Shown one piece after another: positions 56,686 through 64,000 of a stretch of DNA of 64,000 bases. Positions within the stretch are counted from its first letter, which is position 1; each line of letters begins with the position of its first letter. Below the pieces are notes generated by a model. That model saw only the letters and a list, made by a program, of their open reading frames with translations. It was not told the origin of the DNA and ran no database searches. A program made the position numbers and the translations under genes. Where the stretch lies: positions 13,478 through 77,477 of the forward strand of contig JAKSSO010000001.1 in the NCBI GenBank assembly GCA_024403055.1, given 5' to 3'. The stretch comes from Mogibacterium sp. (GTDB lineage Bacteria; Bacillota; Clostridia; Peptostreptococcales; Anaerovoracaceae).

Positions 56686-58037
56686 TGAAAAGGGATCTGA
56701 GAAGGGAAAATGAATACAGTATAACAAACGGGAAGATACTTCCCGCTTTTGTTATGTTCATGATCCCACTCATGGCTTCATCATGCCTGATGCAGTCATA
56801 CGGAATAATAGACGGCCTTATCATGGGCAATATGATAGGAGAGGAAGCTATCGGTGCTGTCAACAGTATCAGCCCGATCCTGGATGTCTGCATACTGGTA
56901 CAGATCGCACTGGCCGGAGGCTGCTCAATATGCGTCTCTCACCTGTATGGAGCTGAGAGATACAGTGATCTTAGCAGACTTATCAAAGACATGTATAAAA
57001 TAACTCTGGTAATAACGATCGTCATACTGGCTGTTGTTTTTTCCGGAGCTGAGGCCTTTCTCAGGCTGATCAATACCCCTAAAGATCTATTCGCATCTGC
57101 GCTGACATATCTGAGGATAGTGTTCATCGGTGTACCGTTTACTGCAATATACAATCTCCAGTCCGGAGTAATAAGAGGAATGGGAGACAGCAAAAAACCT
57201 CTTGGTGCAATAGCTATTTCCAGTGTTGTGAATATCAGCCTGGATCTGCTGTTTATTGCTGTATTAAGACTGGGAATAGGTGGAGCCGCCATTGCCACGG
57301 TGCTGGCTCAGGCCATGTCTGTCGCGTATCTGCAGAAAAAGATCAGAGAGAAACTCAGAAGTATCAGATATGACGCTGATGTTGAGCCGGAGCCGCAGGT
57401 ACGGGAATGCGTGAGGCTGGGGCTTCCGCAGATCGTTCAGTCACTCGCGACATCGGCAGGAAACATACTGTTGCAGAACGTTACCAATTTGCTTGGTGCT
57501 ACAGTTGTTATTGGCGTTACAGCCGCATTCAAGGTAGATGCGATCCTGGTCATTCCGCTGTTTTGCCTCGGACAGGCAACCTCGGTATTCACAGGTCAGA
57601 ATGCCGGAGCTGCCAGATATGACAGAGTAAGACAGACTCTGAAGATCAGCCTGATATTTGCGCTTGCTGTTGCCGCTGTCATGGCAGTGGTGCTGTGGAG
57701 CGTCGGATATCCGCTTATGGGATTGTTTGGTCTGGAAGAGGCATCTGCAGCTGCAGGTTACAGATATATCATGGTCTGCATGCCATTCTACTGGCTGTTT
57801 GGTCTGCAGTTTGTTTTGAATGGATATCTTAATGGATCAAAACATACTCTTGTCGCTTCTGCAGCTTCGATCGTCGGACTTGCAGGACGTCTGACATTAG
57901 CCTATCTCTTGTATCAGAGTGTAGGTGCAGATGTTCTGCCTGCAGGTGAAGCAGTGTCGTGGATGATCGTCGTTGTCATTGACATGATCTATCTAGCCTG
58001 TTACAGAAAAAAAGATGCGCTTCACAACGAACTATAG
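56685..58037 (+). CDS. MATE-family efflux transporter
   Basis: 450 aa with 12 predicted TM and two-fold MatE repeat organisation. Confidence 0.85.
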   Translation: MKRDLRRENEYSITNGKILPAFVMFMIPLMASSCLMQSYGIIDGLIMGNMIGEEAIGAVNSISPILDVCILVQIALAGGCSICVSHLYGAERYSDLSRLIKDMYKITLVITIVILAVVFSGAEAFLRLINTPKDLFASALTYLRIVFIGVPFTAIYNLQSGVIRGMGDSKKPLGAIAISSVVNISLDLLFIAVLRLGIGGAAIATVLAQAMSVAYLQKKIREKLRSIRYDADVEPEPQVRECVRLGLPQIVQSLATSAGNILLQNVTNLLGATVVIGVTAAFKVDAILVIPLFCLGQATSVFTGQNAGAARYDRVRQTLKISLIFALAVAAVMAVVLWSVGYPLMGLFGLEEASAAAGYRYIMVCMPFYWLFGLQFVLNGYLNGSKHTLVASAASIVGLAGRLTLAYLLYQSVGADVLPAGEAVSWMIVVVIDMIYLACYRKKDALHNEL

Positions 58038-58166
58038 GATAATTCAATAGAAAGAAGCGTGTCTGATAGTCTTTGCCTATTTGACTGATACAGATATTTG
58101 TCATAGAGTTTAAATGTGTTTTTATGCATTTAAATGATATGACAGAAACTAAGTAAAACTGTAATA

Positions 58167-59774
58167 ATGACTGAGAAAATACTTGTTATTGATTTAGAAA
58201 AGAAGACTTTCGAAACAAGAGAACATCCGTATAATAAGCAAAGCGCATACGGCCGACGACTTGTTCTTGACTTAATAAAAGAATATGTGCCTGACGATGC
58301 AGAACGATACAGCAAAGAGAATGTGATCGTTATTTCGCCGGGCTTTTTTGCGGGTAACAAAGCACCCAGTGCATGCCGCATGTTCATTGCGACAGTTGAA
58401 GACCGCGGAAAAGGAATACAGATATGCAATACTACGGGAAATTTGCCGCAGAAGATCGGAAGCCTGGGCATTGCAGCAATCGTGATAAAAGGAAATTCTC
58501 CTGAAAAGAGCACAGTGATCCATATCACTGAAAACGGCGTTGATTTTTCGGTAAGACCGGAATACATCGGAGCTGATGTTAAGGACATAGTCCATGGTCT
58601 GAAGGCAGAATACGGTAGTAATGTCGGGATCATGGGGACCGGAAAATGTGGAGACATGAGAATGGCACTTTCGGTGGTCTTTCTGACATATCCGCATGGG
58701 ACACCTGAGTATCAGAGTCCTCGCAGTGGATTTGGCGATGTGTTCGGAGCAAAGAATATAAGGGCGATCGTTGTCGAAGGCAATGACTGCTTTGCTAGAG
58801 AAAACAATGCGCCGGAGGAATTCTGGGCGCTCAGCAAGCAGCTTACTCAGAAGATAATCCATGACGAGGTATGCGGAGGAGCACTTCCGACTTACGGATC
58901 GATCACCATAATGAAAATACTGAAAAGCAGGCGGTCACTTGCCGAACTCTCAGTAATGAATGCAGGGAAGGAAGCTCTTCATAAGGACCCTTCCGGAGAG
59001 AATATCTCTGATGATGACAGCAGGAACAGATTGAGGAGCAATCGGACATGTGCACCTATGTGTGCCATAGGCTGCCTGAACAGACACACAAGTAACGACG
59101 GACGTAAGTATGAGAGTCCGTCCCAGGTCGAAGTAGAGGCGGCAGTGAAAAACTGTTTCGGAATAGATGATTATGACCTCTCCAAAGAGATACAGGACAG
59201 GGCAACTGAAATGGGCCTGGTAAGTGTCGAGTATGTTACTGCAGCAAAGGCATATGCAGAAGCTGTCGGGATCGAACACGGAGAGGAGAACCTTCTGGAG
59301 TGGCTTGATGAAATCGAGCAGGGAACACCTATCGGGAGAATAATTGCATCGAGAACTTATGGAATAAGAAATCTCTTTTCGGATAAGGTTGCTGAATCTC
59401 TTGTTGATAGAAGAGCAATTCAGGATGAAAGCCTTTTCGAAGTTCAGGTTGACAGCAGATATCCCAAGCTTAAAGACATGAGTACAATGGAACTGCTCTA
59501 TTCTCAAATTTTCGTACTTGAGAATCTGGGGTTCTGCATTTTTACAGCATTTGCACTACTGGATAATGACGAGACCTTTGAGATCCTAGCAAGAATGTTT
59601 TCGGCAAAAACCGGAATAGATATCTCAGGTGAGGAACTTATCATTCAGGCAAATGAATGTATAAAAGCTGAGAAAGAGTATGAAGAAAAGAGATGGAGAG
59701 CGACATTAGAGACCAATATTCCGCCGTTCACCAAAGTGCTATATAGATATTTTGACAGTAACAGAACTGAGTAG
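58167..59774 (+). CDS. Highly diverged aldehyde:ferredoxin-oxidoreductase-family protein
   Basis: EKILVIDLEKKTFE N-terminus and SGFGDVFGAKNIRAIVVEG (compare GVGAVMGSKKLKAVV). The cluster region is CAPMCAIGC (CxxxCxxxC rather than CxxCxxxC). ENLGFC is retained and the SPLTGG motif is lost. Confidence 0.6.
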   Translation: MTEKILVIDLEKKTFETREHPYNKQSAYGRRLVLDLIKEYVPDDAERYSKENVIVISPGFFAGNKAPSACRMFIATVEDRGKGIQICNTTGNLPQKIGSLGIAAIVIKGNSPEKSTVIHITENGVDFSVRPEYIGADVKDIVHGLKAEYGSNVGIMGTGKCGDMRMALSVVFLTYPHGTPEYQSPRSGFGDVFGAKNIRAIVVEGNDCFARENNAPEEFWALSKQLTQKIIHDEVCGGALPTYGSITIMKILKSRRSLAELSVMNAGKEALHKDPSGENISDDDSRNRLRSNRTCAPMCAIGCLNRHTSNDGRKYESPSQVEVEAAVKNCFGIDDYDLSKEIQDRATEMGLVSVEYVTAAKAYAEAVGIEHGEENLLEWLDEIEQGTPIGRIIASRTYGIRNLFSDKVAESLVDRRAIQDESLFEVQVDSRYPKLKDMSTMELLYSQIFVLENLGFCIFTAFALLDNDETFEILARMFSAKTGIDISGEELIIQANECIKAEKEYEEKRWRATLETNIPPFTKVLYRYFDSNRTE

Positions 59775-59776
59775 AA

Positions 59777-60787
59777 ATGACAGATGCAAGAAAGAGAACA
59801 ACAATAATAATAATGTCCTTAATGGTGCTGGCCGGGATAGTTATTTCTTTCTTCCTAGGTCAGTTTTCGATCACTCCCAAAGAACTTGGCGGAATAATAA
59901 TAAGTCAGTTTGCAGATATTAAACCATTCTGGACAAGTCAGCAGGAACACGTTTTCTGGACCGTAAGAATGCCGAGAATACTCATAGCTTGTATTGTGGG
60001 GATTGCTCTTTCAACGGCAGGCTGTGTATATCAGGGAGTTTTTGAAAATCCGATGGCTGCGCCTGACTTTCTGGGTGCATCCAGTGGTGCAGGTCTTGGA
60101 GCGGCACTTGCCATTTTGGCGGGAATGAATGAATGGATGATCACCGTTATGGCATTCGTATTCAGCCTTGCAACAATATGGCTTGTCTATATTATCGGAA
60201 ATAGGACCAGAGGGAACAAAACTGTCGGTCTTGTTCTTGCAGGTCTGATGGTAAGTGCTCTGGCACAAGCTGGAACTAGTTTCATAAAGCTTGTGGCGGA
60301 TCAGACAAATGAACTGCCGGAAATAACATACTGGCTGATGGGTAGCCTTACCGGGACTACGCAGAGAGATGTAGTTTTCTCAGGAGCAATTATTGTTGTC
60401 GGTATTATTCCGCTTCTGATACTTCGTTGGAAGATAAACGTTCTCACTATTGGAGAGGATGAAGCGAGCACTATCGGAATAAATGTTGCAAGGGTAAGGT
60501 TTATATCCTTGATATGCGCAACACTGGTAACCGCAGCAGCGGTATCAGTAAGTGGAATGATAGGCTGGGTGGGACTTGTCGTGCCTCATTTCTGCAGGAA
60601 GATAGTGGGTAACAATATGAAATTCCTGCTTCCTGCATCAGTATTTATGGGAGCATTTTTCCTTCTTATGGTTGACAATATCTCAAGAAATCTGTTTGCG
60701 GTAGAAATACCGATCGGAATTCTTACAGCGATAATCGGCGCACCTTTCTTTATCTATCTGATAACGAAAGGGGGCGAAAGCGTATGA
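59777..60787 (+). CDS. FecCD/BtuC-family ABC importer permease
   Basis: ~9-10 TM with a typical N-terminus, MPRILIACIVGIALSTAG and a GAPFFIYL end. Confidence 0.9.
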   Translation: MTDARKRTTIIIMSLMVLAGIVISFFLGQFSITPKELGGIIISQFADIKPFWTSQQEHVFWTVRMPRILIACIVGIALSTAGCVYQGVFENPMAAPDFLGASSGAGLGAALAILAGMNEWMITVMAFVFSLATIWLVYIIGNRTRGNKTVGLVLAGLMVSALAQAGTSFIKLVADQTNELPEITYWLMGSLTGTTQRDVVFSGAIIVVGIIPLLILRWKINVLTIGEDEASTIGINVARVRFISLICATLVTAAAVSVSGMIGWVGLVVPHFCRKIVGNNMKFLLPASVFMGAFFLLMVDNISRNLFAVEIPIGILTAIIGAPFFIYLITKGGESV

Positions 60788-61578
60788 TAAGTGTCAGTGA
60801 TCTTAGATATGCATATGGAACACATGAAGTACTCAAAGGCATTTCATTTGATGCCAGACCCGGAGAATTATTGTGTATACTTGGACACAACGGTGCAGGA
60901 AAAAGCACACTGTTCAAGTGCATGCTCGGACTGTTAAGAGGATATAGCGGATCGATAACTGTTGACGGAATAGACTTTTCCCGCCTGAAACCTAAGGAGA
61001 AAGCACTCTATGTCGCATATATCCCGCAGGCATCAAAACCGACATTTGCATACAATGTGATGGACATGGTGATTATGGGTACAATGTCAGTCGCAGGAGG
61101 AATATCGGGCCCGGGCGAGAAAGAAAAGAGACTTGCTCTGGATGCTTTATCAAAAATGGGAATAATGCATCTTAAGGATCGCGATTATACTAAGATATCC
61201 GGCGGAGAACAGCAGATGGTGCTTATTGCAAGAGCTCTGGCTCAGGGTGCAAAAATACTGATAATGGATGAACCGACTTCAAGTCTGGATTACGGCAATC
61301 AGATGAGAGTTCAAAAGCAGCTGAGAAAGCTGGTATCGGAGGGATACACGATTATTCAGAGTACGCATAATCCGGAGCAGACATATGTCTTTGCAGACAG
61401 AATACTCTGCATCAGAGATGGCATTATATACCGTCAGGGTAAGCCACAGGATGTAATGGACGAAAAGCTCATAAAGGACATGTACGGTATTGACGTTGAG
61501 ATGGTAGAGAGTGCGGACAAAAGAGTCAGATTTTTTGAGTTGAAAGAATACGAGGATAATGAAGAAAACAAAGAATAA
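60784..61578 (+). CDS. ABC importer ATP-binding protein (FepC/BtuD-like)
   Basis: GHNGAGKST, ISGGEQQ, ILIMDEPTSSLD. Confidence 0.92.
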   Translation: MISVSDLRYAYGTHEVLKGISFDARPGELLCILGHNGAGKSTLFKCMLGLLRGYSGSITVDGIDFSRLKPKEKALYVAYIPQASKPTFAYNVMDMVIMGTMSVAGGISGPGEKEKRLALDALSKMGIMHLKDRDYTKISGGEQQMVLIARALAQGAKILIMDEPTSSLDYGNQMRVQKQLRKLVSEGYTIIQSTHNPEQTYVFADRILCIRDGIIYRQGKPQDVMDEKLIKDMYGIDVEMVESADKRVRFFELKEYEDNEENKE

Positions 61579-62680
61579 AACAAAGAATAAAAGAATAGCA
61601 GCTATATTAGCAACTATACTTCTGCTGACAACAGTGTGTTTCACCGGATGCGGAAGCACAGAATTGTCGTATCCGGAAGGTGTTGAAACATATACATATA
61701 CTGATGACTACGGAAGAGAAGTAGAGCTGCGTAAGGACATAAGCAAAATAGTTGCATCAGGACCTAATGCGCAGATGATACTGGTCACCCTGGCTCCTGA
61801 GATGATGGTGGGACTGGCAGAAGCACCGAGTATGGCGATAGCGGAATTCTTCCCTGATTATTATATTGATCTTCCAACACTGGGGCAGTTTTACGGTAAG
61901 AAGATGAGCCTCAACCTTGAAAATCTGATGAATACTGACACAGAGATCATCATAGATGTGGGAGAGATCCAGGAAAAGGGAAACGAGGATATGGACAATA
62001 TCCAGAAACAGACCGGTATTGCAACGATATACGTTAAAGCGGATCTGGATACGTATCCGGAAGCATACAGAAAACTCGGAAAGATTATTGGCAAAGAGGA
62101 AGAAGCCGAGAAATTGGCTCAATACTGTGAGGATACGATCGGCATGGCAGAGAAGATAAAGGGTGAACTTAGCGAAGACGAGGTAAGAAATATCCTTTTT
62201 GGTGTAAGTTCGACAGGCCTCAACTGTAATGTTGAAGGGAGCGTACAGGCTGCAGTAATTGATTTTATCGGAGCGAAGAATGCGATTCAACTAGATGAGG
62301 AAGAGGTCAACGGCAGAGATGGCGGTAATCCGGTGGACTTTGAGATGCTTTACAAAATTGATCCGGAAATGATCATCATGGCTGAAGATGGACCTTATGA
62401 TACCGTTGCAGAACCTGATTCGGCATGGTCTGAACTTGATGCGATCAAGGATGGCCGTTACTACGAGATACCTTGCCGTCCATACAGTTGGATGTCAGCG
62501 CCTCCGAGCGTCAATCAGGTTCTCGGGGCAAGATGGCTCATGGCTGTTGCATATCCGGAGCTTTACGAGGGCGATATATATAATGATGTGAAGGAATACT
62601 ATAAATTGTTCTGGCATTATGACCTGAGCGATAAGGAATGTGAAAAAATGCTGGCACATTCAGTTGGCAAAATACATTGA
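61559..62680 (+). CDS. Class III (BtuF/FepB-like) substrate-binding lipoprotein
   Basis: Signal peptide with lipobox FTGCGS and operon position after the FecCD permease and ATPase. Confidence 0.8.
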   Translation: MKKTKNKTKNKRIAAILATILLLTTVCFTGCGSTELSYPEGVETYTYTDDYGREVELRKDISKIVASGPNAQMILVTLAPEMMVGLAEAPSMAIAEFFPDYYIDLPTLGQFYGKKMSLNLENLMNTDTEIIIDVGEIQEKGNEDMDNIQKQTGIATIYVKADLDTYPEAYRKLGKIIGKEEEAEKLAQYCEDTIGMAEKIKGELSEDEVRNILFGVSSTGLNCNVEGSVQAAVIDFIGAKNAIQLDEEEVNGRDGGNPVDFEMLYKIDPEMIIMAEDGPYDTVAEPDSAWSELDAIKDGRYYEIPCRPYSWMSAPPSVNQVLGARWLMAVAYPELYEGDIYNDVKEYYKLFWHYDLSDKECEKMLAHSVGKIH

Positions 62681-62712
62681 TGCAGGAACAACAGTAAAGG
62701 AATAAACCATAA

Positions 62713-64000
62713 ATGAATAAAAAAAGAATTTCACAATTCTTAATAATAATGATGGTCTTCAGTCTCATCACCGGGTATGGAGGAGCACTGAAGGCTAATG
62801 CAAATGCTGTTGACAAGCTGACAATAAAGATAGGTTATTTTGGCTGGCCAACAGAAGACTATGTTGAAAAAGCCGTTTTCTCTGCGAGCGAGCTCTATGG
62901 AATGGGAACAGTAAAAAGAGATTACTCATATTGGGACGGAAGTAAGAGAGTTGCTATTGATTCATCTATAGGAGTGCCTCTCTCAACTGTGCTGGATGCT
63001 GCGGGGATAGATCAGGGCTCGATAGCACAATTGGATTTTTGGACAGCGGATTCAGGAAATGGGGCTTTTACAAGCTTTACCTGGAAACATCTGCTCGGTA
63101 CGAAAAGATACTACTTCAGAGATCTGGCAGCATGTTTTGAATATGACGGGGAAGAAGAGTCGGACGAACCTGATCAGCCGGACGAACCTGATCAGCCGGA
63201 TAAACCTGATCAGCCGGACGAACCTGATCAGCCGGATAAACCTGATCAGCCGGATAAACCTGAGGAACCCGAACAGCCTGAGGAACCTGCTCCTGAGGAA
63301 AGCAGTGAGACAGCGTCGGTTGTGGATAATATTCTGCTGGTAGCATACGCGGCTGAGAGTGATGCGAAGAAAATCGTCTGCAATGAAAAGAAGGCGTGGA
63401 AGAATGCTGTCAGAGTCGAACCGATGATGGCACTGGAAGAGAAATGGGTCTGGTATGAAGTAGGAACCTCTGATGCAACAGGTACAAGCAATCTGGGAAC
63501 ATCCAACAGATTCAGACTCAATTTCGGACAGTCAGGGCCGACAGAGAAAAGAACATTTAATTCTGCCAAAATGGTACATACCATATATGTCATGTTCTCC
63601 GGAACACCTAAGTTGACCTCTGATGAGACGAATATCAAAGGAAAAGTAGGAAGCAAGCATCAGCTGAAGGTCACTGCAGGCGCAGCCGATGAGGCATTGG
63701 AAAAGCAGATACAAAGTAATATTACATGGAGCAGCAGTAACAGTGGAATAGCCGAAGTAGACAGTAACGGAGTAGTAAAATTCAAGAAGAAAGGTACTGT
63801 TAAAATAACGGCAAACAGCGGAGGTGCTGTAAAGGAATTTACTGTTAATGTTGGTGATGAGAACAATAACGGCAGTGGAGATAGTGGGAATGGTAAGGGA
63901 TCCAGCTCAGGGGAAGGTTCGGATGGAAAATCCGATGATATTAAAACTCCGGGCAACAATACCGACACAAAAGAACACAAGCTTGAAAAAGTAGATGTTT
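62713..64000 (+). CDS. Secreted/cell-surface protein, 5' partial (runs off the window): signal peptide, N-terminal domain, PDQPD(E/K) repeat linker, Big_2 Ig-like domain, Gly/Ser/Asn-rich region
   Basis: Open frame from ATG 62713 to the window end; it is absent from the ORF track because it has no stop in the window. N-terminal KKRISQFLIIMMVFSLITG. Big_2-like KVGSKHQLKVTAG...ITWSSSNSGIAEVDSNGVVKFKKKGTVKITA. Confidence 0.8.
   Translation, partial: MNKKRISQFLIIMMVFSLITGYGGALKANANAVDKLTIKIGYFGWPTEDYVEKAVFSASELYGMGTVKRDYSYWDGSKRVAIDSSIGVPLSTVLDAAGIDQGSIAQLDFWTADSGNGAFTSFTWKHLLGTKRYYFRDLAACFEYDGEEESDEPDQPDEPDQPDKPDQPDEPDQPDKPDQPDKPEEPEQPEEPAPEESSETASVVDNILLVAYAAESDAKKIVCNEKKAWKNAVRVEPMMALEEKWVWYEVGTSDATGTSNLGTSNRFRLNFGQSGPTEKRTFNSAKMVHTIYVMFSGTPKLTSDETNIKGKVGSKHQLKVTAGAADEALEKQIQSNITWSSSNSGIAEVDSNGVVKFKKKGTVKITANSGGAVKEFTVNVGDENNNGSGDSGNGKGSSSGEGSDGKSDDIKTPGNNTDTKEHKLEKVDV
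63163..63288 (+). repeat. 18-bp in-frame tandem repeat (5 near-identical plus 2 degenerate copies) encoding D(E/K)PDQP
   Basis: GACGAACCTGATCAGCCG at 63163, 63181 and 63217; GATAAACCTGATCAGCCG at 63199 and 63235; degenerate copies at 63253 and 63271. Confidence 0.95.

Noticed and set aside
58039-58166. Fur box or cobalamin riboswitch upstream of the AOR-like/ABC importer operon
   Set aside because: GATAATTCAATAG matches only the first half of a Fur box. The 129-nt region is too short and lacks the B12-box for a cobalamin riboswitch. A CATTTAAATG palindrome is present but has unknown meaning.
63059-63346. 94-aa (+) and 76-aa (-) ORFs with repetitive peptide sequence
   Set aside because: They are by-products of the 18-bp tandem repeat read in the wrong frames. 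The true frame is the long signal-peptide-bearing ORF starting at 62713.

Overview
This is a chromosomal segment from a Gram-positive anaerobe, most likely Clostridia (Lachnospiraceae-like). That placement is an inference from strong AGGAGG-type ribosome-binding sites, a CIRCE operator upstream of groES-groEL, a clostridial 2x[4Fe-4S] ferredoxin, Rex, a four-subunit 2-oxoacid:ferredoxin oxidoreductase, and the gene order tilS-ftsH-coaX-dusB and tsaE-tsaB-rimI-tsaD. Positions 1-30.6 kb are almost entirely housekeeping genes on the + strand: a GT4 glycosyltransferase, a KOR/VOR-type operon, metG, tatD, tilS, ftsH, coaX, dusB, pepV, the t6A genes, an ABC-F ATPase, acpP-rex, ogg, groESL and guaBA. 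After guaA the window becomes accessory, visibly more AT-rich in places, and carries two gene remnants. This part contains: a two-gene membrane-protein module, one protein being an exact 200-codon internal duplication; a double-cubane/2-hydroxyacyl-CoA-dehydratase-family protein with a DUF3343 protein and an activase; a methyltransferase; a Crp/Fnr regulator divergent from an ECF-S-like / exported / THEP1-NTPase trio; a HAD hydrolase; a CrtI-like flavoprotein with an FNR-type 2Fe-2S reductase; and psuK-psuG-tdk. The most unusual region is 46.9-64 kb. It holds an aldehyde:ferredoxin oxidoreductase (AOR) operon whose first gene is an in-frame enoate-reductase-type/SDR fusion, followed by a tocopherol-cyclase-like protein, a ferredoxin and a MoaD-like protein ending in GG. 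A ThiF-like E1, a histidine-phosphatase/HD fusion and XdhC lie nearby. It also holds a second, strongly diverged AOR-family gene that heads a BtuCDF/FecBCD-type ABC importer operon, followed by a repeat-containing surface protein. I recognised no rRNA, tRNA, CRISPR array, integrase or transposase. All functional calls come from motif recognition by eye; no database search was run.
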